A stretch of 63,721 bases of DNA from Amoebidium appalachense (Eukaryota; Protista; Ichthyosporea). The stretch covers positions 14,612,922 through 14,676,642 of the forward strand of contig CAVNZM010000003.1 of assembly GCA_963693365.1 (NCBI GenBank), in the 5' to 3' direction. The notes under the pieces are model-generated. The model saw nothing but the letters and a program-made list of their open reading frames with translations, made no database searches and was not told the origin of the DNA. This document shows, one piece after another, positions 42,513-56,769 of the stretch. The translations under genes were made by a program, and so were the position numbers. The first letter of the stretch is position 1. Every line of letters begins with the position of its first letter.

Positions 42513-42558
42513 GTGTGCGTGCGTGTGAGCGAGCGAGTAGTACCGGCATATGCGAGCA

Positions 42559-42598
<40 letters not shown>

Positions 42599-42602
42599 TG
42601 TG

Positions 42603-42635
<33 letters not shown>

Positions 42636-42923
42636 AGTGTGTGTGTGTGCGTGTCTGTGTAGTGTGCACGCGCGCATCTGTTCATACTAGCACTTTAAAT
42701 GTTTCGAGAACTATAAAGACTCTAGGTGCTACCGTGGCTGCAGGGAAATTATAAGGGGACGTGTGTTTGTGTGTGTGTTTGTGTGTGTGTGTGAAATTTG
42801 TGTGTGTGTGTCTGTGTGTGTATGCGTGTCCATGTGTGCGTGTTTATGCATGTGTGCCTGAATGTGTGTGTGTGTGTGCATGTGTGTGCGGGGGAGGGAG
42901 TGGGGGGGAGGGTTGGGGGGGAA

Positions 42924-42958
<35 letters not shown>

Positions 42959-43279
42959 TGTGAATTCCTGTCCACAACTCAAACCCTGTGTCCACAGGTA
43001 GCAGATATTATATTCAACGGCCAAATATTTTGTTTGTTTTATAAAATTTCCAAAGTTTTAGTCTCTCCTCAAAATAAAACAGTGTGAGCAAATCCTAGTT
43101 TTATAATTTTTTATTTTTAAAAAAAAGAATCACGAACATCAAGCGGGTGAGTGTAAGGGACGGATTAGTGAAGTGTATGTGTGAGTTGGATGCAATTTCA
43201 AGTTTTGATACTTGCAGAAGCACCGTGTGTGCAATTTCATGTGTGTGCACACGTGCAGTTTGTATGGGCGTGCCAAGAG

Positions 43280-43316
<37 letters not shown>

Positions 43317-43974
43317 TGTGGGTGTGTGTGTGTGGGTGGGTGGGTGTGTGGGTGTGTGGGTGTGTGTGTGCGCGCGCGCGTGCGAGTGTGTGTGCAGCCT
43401 GTGTGCGCTCCGTGTGGGTGCACATGTGCTAATGTTTAATGGGTTAGGGGGATGTGGGGGAGGGGGGGGGGGGGGGGGGGGGAGCCGTGCGCGCACTCAG
43501 CAAAATGGTATATTCAGACTCGGAGTGTTGAAAGCAAAAATATACAAAACAGACTTGGGAACCGGTTCAGAAGTTCCCGGATTCCAAAGCTCCAAAACAA
43601 CCAACTTGGTAAAACATGGTTAGTACCTAAAGACAAGGGGAGTATATCATGATACGCTCATTGCACTTTACGTGTTTAGGTGCCTCCGGATAAACATTTT
43701 TTGGAATTCCGCATCGTGCAGAGCATTTGATTTGAATACGCATGGCCATTGTGCATGCAATCCGGGCTCACGCTCTTGCCAGTGTACGGATATACGGCAA
43801 AGCAACAGGGTGAAAATGAAGTGCTCGACTGTTCGTACCAGGTAAACTCCCCCCCTCCCCCCCCCCCCCCCCCAAAAAAAAAAAAAAAAAAAAAAACACC
43901 TTTCCACACCCACACCCACTCCTGTTCCCCCTACCCCCCTCCCCTTTCCCCATGCTTCCCGGGGGGCCATTTTC

Positions 43975-44128
43975 TTGGGTAAAGCGGGAATTCCGAGTGT
44001 GAGCTCGAAGGGAACTAACTAGTGTACTTTCGCGATCGGTGCTGTGTGGTAGACGGTAGTGTGACAGGTAGTTCTCTCGAGGGCCTGCAAAAGCCCTCCG
44101 GGAACAAAACGTGATAAAATAAAAAAAG
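43975..44128 (+). mobile_element. 5'-truncated relative of the SINE 3' end
   Basis: cgatc.gtg...agacggta...gagggc-loop-gccctc...aaacgtgataaaataaaaaaa parallels the SINE tail (cgatctgtg...agacggtaag...gaggc-loop-gcctc...aaacgggataaaataaaa). Confidence 0.5.
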
Positions 44129-44237
44129 GTGCGTATGTGTCAGTGTGCTTATGTGTGTGCGCGCGCGCGTGTGTGTCTGTCTGTATGTGCGTGTGTGTGT
44201 GTATGTGTGCATGTGTGTGTGTGAGCGTGCGCGCACA

Positions 44238-44271
<34 letters not shown>

Positions 44272-44561
44272 CGCCACAGTGTGCGTGTATCACTGTGTGT
44301 GTGTGTGTGTGTTTGTATGTGCCACAGTGTGTGTGCTTGTGTCACGGTGTGTGTTTGTGTGTGTGTGTGTATGTGTTTGTGTGTGGTGTGTGGGTGCATG
44401 CCTGTGCGTGTCGGTAGGTAGGTAGGCCTACGTGTATGCGTGCATATGTGTAGTACGTGTGTATGTGTGGTGTGTGTACCTTGCCAAACACCGAGGAGTC
44501 CCCATAAAACTGTCTGACGGGCCATAAATTGGGGGCGGAAGGGGGGGGGGGGGGTATTTGT

Positions 44562-44596
<35 letters not shown>

Positions 44597-45557
44597 GGAG
44601 GCCAGAGCTGGGCCAGTGCGCCTGCACTCACGCGTACGTGTACACAGTAGTCTACACAGTTGAAGAGCCGCTTGAATTCCTATTGGTGTTTCCCATCGGA
44701 TTGGCTAAACGCGCATCAAGCGCAGATTTACCATATAAAGGTTAGATTAGATCCTGTGATTGGTTGGTTTTGGCGGGAATGTGGACACGTTTCTGTTCCC
44801 GGCATCATTCCATGAGGTTCGATCGCCTCGATCACCAAAACGGTTACGCAGAGAAGTTGAGGTGGAAAAGTCTAACCTTTCTTTTTTAATATAGACAAAA
44901 AATTTAATTAAACAAGTCGTTTCGAAACTTTTCATGATTCAAGAGCGTTCACGGGGTGTATGATTTGCACAGCTGGTCTCCAAGTTTGTAGACTCGAGAG
45001 GATCGGATGAGCCACTTAGCCACAAATGGGAAACCATGCTCCTTTTTCTTTGCCTAGATAGTTTTAGTCTGGATTTTTCCCGAAGTAAACCTTCCAGACA
45101 GTCAAAATTTTGTGTCCAATATTGAGCGCAATGACTTACAAGTAGCGGATGTACAGCATTTGATTCATAATTATTCAAAAAATGGCCAGGATGTGTGTAA
45201 AATAGGAGTAAATTATGCATTTAATAAAACTTTGAACTTAAACGTTAAAAAAGGTATAGTAGATATTTTGTTTGGCTAAATTTACCCAACACATTCCAGC
45301 GTGCTTATCAAAAGTATAAAAGGGGGAATGTCGTGTCGTCTCAGCCACACCGTCGAGTGGTGAGAGAGGAGAAGTGAAAAATCGTTTAAGAAACAAACCA
45401 TCTCTTTCCTTTCGTTTTTTTTTTGCTAAAAGAAAACCCATTTGCGTTCGAACGGATAGAATAAAGGTCCTTCTCACCGTCAACTCGGATATCTTATGAC
45501 GACTTTTATAAAATTGCAGACAATCGTTTAGCACTTTCAAGCAAAAACTGTGAGAAC

Positions 45558-46697
45558 ATGGAGTGGGTTAGCATATTTGCCCTAGTGGCAACTTTTATAT
45601 GCGTCTACGTGACCTACATCATCCAAAAGGCCAAGTCTGCGTCGGTGCTGGCTAAGAAACTATACGGGCCATCAGCAACGCTCATCAACGGGAACGACTA
45701 CGTGTGGCGTATGGACTCACTCAACAATCTCTGTCACATCAACGCGTTTTACAACGTCGAAGGAACATGCACAGCAGACGAAATGCGGCAGCTTTTTCAA
45801 GAAAAAGTTATCAACAACCCCAACTACTCTCGTTTCCGTGAGAGGGTCGTGTCTGTTAACGGCCTTCCATTCTGGGTGGATGATGCTGAGTTCGATATAA
45901 AGCGACATATTGTGGATCTTACTGATGGTCCCAAGAATGAGGAAGAGCTTATGAAGCACATGGGTGAACTGTCTTCACGTCCGTTCCCTGTGGACCGACC
46001 TCTGTGGAAGGTGGAGCCTCCCTCCCCCCCCCCCTCTCCCCTCCCCCCTTCCTCCCTCCCTCCTTCCCCCCCCCCTCCTTCCTCCCCCCTCCCCCCCCCC
46101 CCCCCCCCCCGGCCCTCTGCCTTCCCCCCTCCAACCCCCCCCTCCCCAACCCCGCCTCACTCTCTCCCCCACCCCTCCCCCTCCCCGCTTCTTTCCCTCT
46201 CCGTGTCCTCACTCCCCTCCCAAACCTGCTCTTTATCGCTATTTATGAGTCCTCCTCATCCTCCCTTAGTGCCCATTCTACACTTTCTTGCCTCCCACCA
46301 TCGGCCATTTCCTACCCACTCACAAGTTCAACCAGGCCACAACCTCCTAGGACCAATCTTCCACCTCGGCATGCTCTCTCTCCACTCCTTACCCCTCCTC
46401 CCCCCCTCCCCCCGCCCCGCCCCCTTCTCCTCTCTCTTCCCCTCCCCCCCCCCCCCCGGGTTGACCCACCCAAGTTCAGTTGATGCTGCTGTCTGAGTTG
46501 GAGCGTCGTATATACGCGGGCTAAGGGGTCGAAACTCAGACGCAATTGATGACTTGGGCCCTCCCTGAGGATGGGCTCTGCTTATGACGCATACTGTGCG
46601 CATGGCTGATGCTGCATAGTTGAATGTTTGCCTTTGCATGTGTCCTGCACCATGCTTCTCATCGTGTATGCGTACTTCGTACTGTGTTCCGCATTCA

Positions 46698-46740
<43 letters not shown>

Positions 46741-46907
46741 CCCCCCCCATCCCCCATTCCTCCCTCCCCGAGAACCAGTTGGGTCGGAACCCGGCTACTG
46801 TGGTCGACTTGGGAGGGCTGTGCTTGTTTTACATACTTTTTGTGTGTTTTGCACTCGGGTATCCACTACTTGGACTATGTACTTCGTGTTAAAACACGTT
46901 CTTACCA

Positions 46908-46941
<34 letters not shown>

Positions 46942-46996
46942 CATCTGCCGCTCCCCCTCCTCTCTTCCCGCCCTCGTCCTCCCGTCCTCCCTCCCT

Positions 46997-47043
<47 letters not shown>

Positions 47044-48548
47044 AAAAATAAAAATAAAAAAAATGGAAAGTGAAAGAAAACCTTGTAGCCGGTGCTCTTC
47101 CCATCTTGACCTCATGCTTGCACACGCTCACCAACGAGCTTCACAAACACACATTTCTCTTTTTCGGTACATGGGTGGTGCTCACGGTTCGGTCGTGTTT
47201 TTCTTTTCCTCGCCCGACCCTTACCTCTCTGAAACCCTCTCTCCCCCAGTCCCCCCTGAGGATTGGTTCTGCTTATTATGCACACTCTTTATGTGTGGCT
47301 TGCACTTTGCATCGTTTTGTCCGTTGTTTATGTGTGTATACGTACTTCGTACTTTATAGCGCGTTCAAACCCCTCACCCCCCCCCCCCCCCCCCCTCCTC
47401 CTCCTCCTCATCTCTCCCGTTCCCCCCGCTCCCCCCCCCCCCCCCCTCCCACCTCTGGCCCGGACCCACCTATGACAATGTCACTCACACAACTACACCG
47501 TGCCCCCCCCTCCCCCTCCCCCCCCCCCCCCCCCCAACACACACACACATGCACATACACACACACACAGATGGAAGTGATACACAACTACAACGGCGAG
47601 AACAAAACGGTCATCACCAATCGCATGCACCACGTAATCGGTGACGGGATCGGCATGGTCACCATGATGTTTAACCTGCTGGAAAAGGCAACACCCAATC
47701 AAAACGGGAAGATCGACGATTCTGCAGCTAAAGTCATGCGCAAGAAGGCCCCCAACCCCTTCCTTAAATGGTTAATGGTTATTCTCCAAGGACCAATGAT
47801 TTTGCTCCGCGTTTTGGGTCTTCCCGGCGATCATAACCCGTGGCATAGTCACGAACTCGGGGGTAAACGCTACGCAGCCCTCTCCCCAGAATACGCAATC
47901 GAGGACGTTAAAGCAATCAAGAACCACTACGGGGTTACCGTTAACGACGCTTTAATGGGGATGTTGGGTGCGGCTATTAATAGATATTTCGCGATGCAAG
48001 GGCACGAAACAACGAAGGAAATTAGGCTTTTCATGCCCGTGAACATGCGCACTTCGTCAAAGGAGGCACGGCTGGAAAACAAATTCTCCCCCGCGGTGGT
48101 GACTCTCCCCATCTTCACGCCAGACCCCGAAACTTCAATTTTCGCGGCTAAAAAGGTGTTTACAGCCATGAAAAAGTCCGTTGGACCCCTTGTGTTCTAC
48201 CTCGTTGGGGTTCTTTGCGGGGGCATGTTTATGCCAAAGTGGTTAGGAGACGTGCTTCTGGTTTACACGGCAACGAAAGGAACAGCGGTGGTAACAAACG
48301 TACCCGGGCCCCAGGAACTTATGAAACTGGCTGGGCACACAATGACAAACACCATGTTTTGGGTGCCTGCGCGGGGTCCTATCGGCGTTGGAATTTCGCT
48401 TTTGAGCTACGGCGGACGCATGCAGGTCGGGATAGTTTCGGACGAGATGAGCATGAAGGAGCCGAAAATTTTGACTAAGTGCTTTGATGAGGTGTTTAGG
48501 GAGACTAGGGAAAAGGTTGAAAAGGCTGCCAAGGCAAAGGCAGCATAG
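45558..48548 (+). CDS. Wax ester synthase / diacylglycerol acyltransferase (WS/DGAT), 2 exons, 476 aa
   Basis: Exons 45558-46010 and 47571-48548 (phase 0). N-terminal hydrophobic anchor, WVDDAEFDIKRH, RPLW, catalytic HHVIGDG (HHxxxDG), GVTVND, PVNMR, TNVPGP, LLSYGG. Confidence 0.93.
46458..46699 (+). mobile_element. Poly(C)-ended repeat family, truncated copy (D) in the WS/DGAT intron
   Basis: Reverse complement of the terminal ~240 nt of copies A and B, flanked on both sides by poly-C. Confidence 0.85.
47250..47372 (+). repeat. Diverged copy of the poly(C)-ended family (closest to 5649-5794); another at ~46785-46892
   Basis: ccctgaggattggttctgcttattatgcacactctttatg...cgtacttcgtact...gcgttcaaacccc. 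Confidence 0.75.
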
Positions 48549-49293
48549 ACCTGCCCCAGGGGGGGGGGGGGGGGGGGGCTGTGTATATGTGTTGTATATT
48601 TTATGAGAAAGATGAGGTAAACCCTCTTTTATACTCTTTAAGTCTTTGATTGTATAAGAAATTTGAGGTATAATGCGTGACTTTATTTCTGTTGAATTTT
48701 GCTTTCATAGGATTCCGAGTTTAGGGTGATCACAAATGTAGAAGTGAGAGTGATATAATAATATAGTTAATGACTGTGTTGTAGTATAGTTTGTATTGTG
48801 AAATGTTGTGCTTGGTTTTTCTTTGGTGGTAAGACGGGCCATGCAACAGGCATGGCTGTAAATCTCGGTGTGAGTGCCACAATGTTATTCAAGTTATATG
48901 TAATCGTGTATGGTATAAAAAGGATACCAAATTCTTTATGTATAATTAGCGAACTTGATAGGCAAATATCCGTAGGGTATGATAGCTCTATGATCCTCAG
49001 TGAAGCTTTCGGCAACATTTATAAATGTAAAAAGCAGCACATGTATCATACAAGAGCAAGAGCTGCTGTCTTGCACGTTCCAACAAATTCTTAGCTTAAT
49101 TAAACCTTAAACAAATATTGTGCATGCAAGGGTTTGTGTATCATCTACCTTAGCCACGTCTAAAATGTTGGCGTACAAAAACACGACCGTGAATAATGCA
49201 ATCAGAAGAAAACGCAGCCTCATCTTTCTCCCTCCATCTTACGTTAAGCCCCTTGTCCCCCACCCCCAACCCCCCCGATTTTTTAGTTTGGCC

Positions 49294-49329
<36 letters not shown>

Positions 49330-49699
49330 TTCTCCCCCTGCCGCCCATCTTATGCCATTTTGCAGGTCCCTCCGGACTTGCAACCACACGTTGTATCCTA
49401 ATCGACTACGAAAAGGCTTCGATTTTGCAACTCAAATATGGCTAAGATAGTCTGGAAATCTGTCATAAACTTTAAGTGTCGCACGCTTTACTACTATTCA
49501 TCATACTCGCATTTCTGGAGTTCACTAAGTTACTTTTCTTTAATGAGCCAAGACATCACTAAATAAGCTGATAATGTTCTAGCCCCCCCCCCCCCCCCCC
49601 TTTTTCCCGCCCCGCCCCTCTTCCCTTTCCAAGGCTTCCTAAAGTTTATCATGGGCAAATCCCTCCTTGTTCTCTCGTCTATGCATAAGGGTAAGATTG

Positions 49700-50000
49700 G
49701 TCCCCCAAAAGGAGACCGTAAAATTTGCGAATAAGAATGTCGACCACACCACATGTGTAATCCTCCCCCCCGCTGCCCCTCCTTGCCCCCCCTCCCCCCT
49801 CCCCCCCCCCCCCCCCCCCCGCCCCTCACACACACACACACACACGGAGGCAGGGTTACCTGCAGCTGCCCACCCTCCCTACCCCTTCCAAATGCTTGAA
49901 ACCTTGTACGAATGTGTCAATAAATAATGGGTCCCCCATCGAAAGGATACGTAAAATTTGCGAATAAGAATGTCGACCACACCACATGTAATCCTCCTCC
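49700..50000. repeat. Local duplication of a ~65-bp segment
   Basis: cgtaaaatttgcgaataagaatgtcgaccacaccacatgt at 49717 and 49950, each followed by poly-C. Confidence 0.85.
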
Positions 50001-50150
50001 CCCCCCCCCCCCCCCCCCCTCCCCCCCCCTCCCCCCCCCCCCCCCCCCCCCCGCCCCCTCCCCCCCCCCCCCCCCGGCCGCCCGCGCACACACACACCCG
50101 CCCCCTACTACACACACAGCCTACTACGGTTACTCACACGTACACATGCG

Positions 50151-50218
<68 letters not shown>

Positions 50219-50561
50219 GTCACACACACACACATGCACGCACGCATATACACACACGCACACGCACACATGCGCGCACTCGCACCCATGCACACACGCA
50301 CGCACACACATGCACTCGCACACACACGTGCACGCACGCACACACAATCACACACACACACACACACACACGTACACACACACAGCCTTAGGGCAGCACC
50401 TGAACCGTCCACTGGCTGATCACCTCAGTGAGAGTGAGCTTTACCCCGGGCTTCATCCTGCCAGCCGTCTCCCTCCCCCCCCCCCCCCTCCCCCCCCCCC
50501 CCTTAAGAGTCCCCCTTCCCACCCCCCCTCCCCCCACTCAAACACACATCGTGCACGTGAT

Positions 50562-50594
<33 letters not shown>

Positions 50595-50834
50595 CAGACG
50601 CACACACGCGTACACACGCACACACACAAAGGCACACACTACACACGCACACACATACACACGCCCGCGCACACGCACACGCACACGCACGCACACAGAC
50701 GCACACAAACACAGACACACACACACAACACACACACACACACACGCAAACATGTCCACACACACACACACATGTCAACACACACACACATGTCAACACA
50801 CACACACACACATACACACACACACACACACAGA

Positions 50835-50930
<96 letters not shown>

Positions 50931-51671
50931 CACACCACGACACACAATCCCCAGCTAACCATAGCAACATTTTGACCAACGCTGCGCGGTGGTGGTCTTA
51001 TATTTTGTTACAGTTTACATTACACAAAGCGTGCAGATGCCAAAAAGCGTCACGTGCACGATAGCTTATTGTTCTCAATACACCGTGCACTCTGAGTTTC
51101 TCCTACTTGTGCTACTCGTGACCCCGTTGAACACGGCCCGTCGGCGTGCGCAGCCTGCGCATGCCGTGAAAAAGCAGCACGAAAACGGACGCGGCAATTT
51201 GCGCTGCGTGATTTTTTGGAAATCCGATATAGTTCACAAAAGCAAAATGTTCAATACCCGGTTGGCTCTTTGTAGCTAATCAAAGCAATGTAATGAACAG
51301 CACATGGGAGCGCTGTAAATAGCAAATTGACTCGTTACACAGACAGACAGATTGGATTGACAGAATCGGACGTTATTTCGGCGATAAATTTGAAGCTAAG
51401 AAGAATTTTCTGTACATGTAATCAGAAAATAGTTCATTTATTTCCTCATACTAACAAATGTCCTGTAGTTTTTTATACTTGATAGCTGTAAATTTAGTAA
51501 ATGCAAGTTATCAATTATTCAAATCTCTGTTACGCCATTTTGCACCCCTTCTGCTTTTCAGCTACTTGCTTCTGATTGGATGACCACCATTTCCTCACGC
51601 ACTATATAACCCAGCCCTCATCTCAGCTTGCTTGTTTTGCTACCAAAAATACGCGTAAGGCACCCAAGAAA

Positions 51672-52277
51672 ATGTTCCTCAAACCAGCAGTTTTCTTTGC
51701 TTCGATGCTTTCCGCTGCTCTTGCGGCAGGCACACCGGATTGCGGCATGGGAACCCCTTGTGGAGACATGTGCACACCCTTTATGGCGACATGCAAAAAC
51801 AACAAATGCTACGCCATGTTCGACACCCCGGTGGCATGCGTTCCCGCGGTAAACACGTGTGGGAACGAATTCTGCTCGAAGGGAACTATGTGTGGGAAGA
51901 CGGGGGCAACTGCGGGCAAATGCATTGCGCAAACGTGTGAGAATTTCCATGACGACACGTGTCCGGATGGAACAGTTGCACGTGACACCACGTGCCCGGG
52001 TGGCGCGAACTATGACGACTGCAAAGAGAGCAAAATGTTCAAATGTGCAATCGGCACCCACGCCATCCAAGTGTCGTGTAAGCTTGCAGGACATGAATAC
52101 CAAATTCAGAGCCAAAACACCCCCCTCGAAGATGAAAATACGGCTGTTGAGCCCACAGTGAATGAAAATGTGTATGTTGCGATTGCTGCCGCCGCTTTGG
52201 TTGCTGTGGGTGTGGTTGGTGGTGGATTCTATTTCTACAAACAGGGAAAGAAGTTTTCCTACGAGAACATTGCATAA
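51672..52277 (+). CDS. Cys-rich type I membrane protein, 201 aa, unknown family
   Basis: ATG at 51672. Signal peptide MFLKPAVFFASMLSAALAA, 16 Cys, TM segment VYVAIAAAALVAVGVVGGGFYFY and short tail ending YENIA. TATATAA at ~51603. Confidence 0.85.
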   Translation: MFLKPAVFFASMLSAALAAGTPDCGMGTPCGDMCTPFMATCKNNKCYAMFDTPVACVPAVNTCGNEFCSKGTMCGKTGATAGKCIAQTCENFHDDTCPDGTVARDTTCPGGANYDDCKESKMFKCAIGTHAIQVSCKLAGHEYQIQSQNTPLEDENTAVEPTVNENVYVAIAAAALVAVGVVGGGFYFYKQGKKFSYENIA

Positions 52278-53461
52278 AGGTTTTGCAGTTAAAAAGGCTA
52301 GTGCTATTGTTGTGTGTGAAATGACGCTTGACTTGTCTTTTACGTAGGCAGTAATTACTTGTTATGCCAGTATCCTCATATATATAGGTGCGTAGCAAGG
52401 CTGCGAAAATGCTGTGAACCAGTAACGATTGTCGTATTGTTTAGTGCAGTCAGTTGCCTTTTTACTTGTTAATAGTGGATATTTATAAAACTATAAAAAC
52501 GTAGGAATATTGCTGACTAGATAAAGGTGTGCCTGGCTGGAGAGATTGATAAAAAAGAAGCCATACATCTGCATTGTAGCACGCGAGTGCTATGTGCTAA
52601 AAAATGTACCAGCGAAAGCATTTGTATTCAACTGAGCATCCGTAATGTGATAATCGTTGAATTTATTTTCAAGTATCTGCCATTGCAGTAGTTCCTGTAG
52701 CTAATGTGTGTTTGGTGTTTCCCCTTGCTGTGCTAGATAAGGTAATGGTTTTTAAGACACGTTTTCCGGATTTAGCAGTGGTAAAACTAGGGCAGTCGCT
52801 TTAACATCTCTAACAGCCAAATAGAATATCAGAGTTTCCCCACGTATACAATATTTGCCAACTAAGACAGAAGGGGCAGTAGCCTACACGAAAATGAAAC
52901 AAGAGTATAAATGAATAAAAGAAAAAAACACCATATTTCCTAATATGGTTGGTGGTGTACCCGCTACATCTGTGCACGTGGCATGTTATTGAGACCTCGT
53001 TGGCACCAGGAGCGCATCTTGTTGCTGTGTCAAAGGTAGCGCGCACACTATCTGCGATTAATATGACCTGAATTCATACAATGCCGAATGGAACCACAGA
53101 TTCAGAGTTTCAACGTGTGCCTTTACTCGCATGTGTTTTGCAATCTAGCACGACTGTTTAACTCCACAGAGGCAATCCTTGATTACATACTCTCGAATTA
53201 AGGCTCCAGCTCAGCCTGTCTACCAGACTCTGGACAATCCCCCCCCCCTCCCCCCCCCCCCCCCTCCCCCTCCTTCCCCCCATTCCCCAGTTTCCGTCTC
53301 GACTCCCCCTCCCCCACCCCCTTTCCCCCTCCTACGGACCACCCACTATGTACCAAGCCTATCCAGCATGAGCAGATATTATGTTGATAGTACCCCCCCC
53401 CCCCCCCCCCCCCCCCCGGCGCTCCCCCTCTCCTTCCCCTGTCGGGTCTCTGCTCTCTATC

Positions 53462-53511
<50 letters not shown>

Positions 53512-53609
53512 ACCCACAAACACACGCACAAACACACACATACACACTATCTCTCTTCTCTCACTTTCCCTTTCGCTCACTCTTCCTCCCTCCCCCCTCC
53601 CCCTCCCCT

Positions 53610-54170
<561 letters not shown>

Positions 54171-54918
54171 CCCTCCTCTCTCCGTGTCCCTCTCCATCTA
54201 TCTCCCTCCTTTCACGTACCATACTCGAGTACCCTTGTCGGGGGCTCAATTTGTTACACGAAATATGGTGTGTAGTGAAAAACCGTTAGCGTGTGATTTT
54301 TTTTTTGAAGCAGACCTGAGTCAGCATTCTGAGATTGTGGTACATTTTTGTCCAGGCCCTTATCCATACACTTTTGAAACAGTAGAAACTCGCCAGAGTT
54401 GATAATGAAATCAGGCACAGTATATTTTGGTAACGCTTTCGCTGTTGCATGTTGTGAATAGGCCTGGGTAACCGGATAGTATGTATGGAGGAATACAGGT
54501 TGAGAGCAGACGACATTTTTGGGCGCATGTTATTTTTAAATTGACGCGGTGCGTTGTTTGGTGTGGGAAAAACATGTCTGTTAACTTTATTTTTGGTATA
54601 TCCTAACAGTAAAGCTTTCACACAATAAAGAAACGGCGATTCATATACAAATTAGTCTATAAAAAATCTACCCACACACTCATCATTGTACTATGACAGT
54701 GTAGAGCAACTCCGGGCCTCTCCTTTTCGTATTCACGTAACTGTTTTGTACGATAATTCTACAGGAAACAAATACGATCAACTAGGCAGTCACGGTAGAA
54801 AAACGCAAGCTGTCATCTGGTCTACAGCCTGTGACTCGATCTTAAGATGAAATTAATGATTAAATTGAACAGCGCTATTTTTTTTATGACATTAGACCCT
54901 GCCGAACATGGATTCACA

Positions 54919-54950
<32 letters not shown>

Positions 54951-55262
54951 GGGGGGTGGAAGGGGGGACTTCGTTAATTCCTTAGTGACTTGCTGCACGA
55001 TTGAATATCCCAAAGTCTTGGTAGCATGCAATCCTTCAGTTTTCCACCCAAACCAAACGTTTACATGCTCAGAATCGTGATCATGCATGGTTTTACAAAT
55101 TTTTCCGAGTTGCCCCCCCCCCCCCCCCCCCCCCCCCCAAAGCTCGGGCCCTGTGACGGTTCCGAGCTCCCCGGGACGTACATATATTTTGCTTCAGGAT
55201 AATTTATGAATGTGTCCGTCAATACGATTATCCGAACTTCTGGCCGTGGTGCATAATCTTAA

Positions 55263-55405
55263 AGGGGTTTCTTTTAGACATCTGGGTCGGTTTAGCCCGA
55301 ATGAATTCTATGCAATATGATTGGCTCGGTGCGCATCAAACAGCATTTGGCCCAACCCAAGGGCCAAAAAGCAGTGACCATTTATCGGCCTAAAGGAAAC
55401 CCCCT
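55263..55405. mobile_element. 143-bp MITE with TTAA target duplication (Kolobok-like ends)
   Basis: ttaa|aggggtttcttttag ... ctaaaggaaaccccct|ttaa: imperfect ~15-bp TIR starting with AG, TTAA on both sides. Confidence 0.6.
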
Positions 55406-55786
55406 TTAAAACATTCCGACTTGGCCGCTAGCGTAATGTTAATGGCGTAGGATCTTATAGGTGGACGACATCTGTAACTGTGGTTTCCTGCACGCTCCAC
55501 TGGTTGTGTTTTTTGCCCACGTAAGTGCCCTGCCCGCCCCTAATCCCTGCGTATGAACCACCCACGGGTGAATCCTTGCCCCCCCCATCCCCCCCCCCCC
55601 CCCCCCCCCCCCCTTCTCCACACACTCACACACTCTCCTCTTTTAGGTTCGCTTTCGCGATCGTTCTCTTCTTCCTTTTCTTTCCCGTAACCACAAAATC
55701 GTAATCCCCCCCCCCCCCCCCCCCCCACACACACACACAAAAAGAAAAAATCTCCCCCCTCCCCCCTTCTCCCAAATTAAGTACCT

Positions 55787-55842
<56 letters not shown>

Positions 55843-55871
55843 TGACACACACACAAACACACACACACCGT

Positions 55872-56005
<134 letters not shown>

Positions 56006-56709
56006 GTATAATGTACACACGCACGCACGCACACACGCGCACACGCACACACACGCACACGCACACACACGCACACACACACAGACACACACTCATACAC
56101 ATACACACCCATAGCCCTCCCCCCTCCCCGCAACACACACGTGCGCACCCCCCCCCCCCCCCCCCCCCCCCCCCAAACATACACATACACACACTCCCCA
56201 AATCAAGCAGCTGGCTCACGATAGTATAAAGAAATCATTCACAAGTGACCACGAAGTCTTTTTCGCATCATTTACCCTTAATAGTTTTGTCTTTGTGCAT
56301 AATGTCAAGCCTCCACGCAAGGTACACGCGGGCCCATTCAATTGATTCACACAAACGGTTGTCGCACTGGAAAATGAAAAAAACGGGTATAACCTACAAC
56401 ACAATCTGCATTGGGTATGTCACAACAACCCCACTTCTCACAAAATTTTCCCGGAGATACACCAGTGCGATTTTCCGGGCGCCGTCGAGGGGGTTTGGGA
56501 TTTATTGCCGGACAGGTTATCCAATTGCGGGAGATAGCGGCTCTGGTGGTGTTTTAGTGCAGCGATAGTGCTGCCCACGTAAGGGGTATTGCCTGAAATT
56601 TGGACGACGGGGTTTTTTGGCACGTAAATGAATGATGATCATTTCAAGTCTCTAACTTGAAATCATTGGAGCTGAAAGGGGGGACGATTGGAGGTGGGGG
56701 CTGGGGGGT

Positions 56710-56769
<60 letters not shown>

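Noticed and set aside
56418-56622. Possible MITE with weak inverted ends (tgtcacaacaacccc / ggggttttttggca)
   Set aside because: The match is too degenerate and there is no clear TSD.
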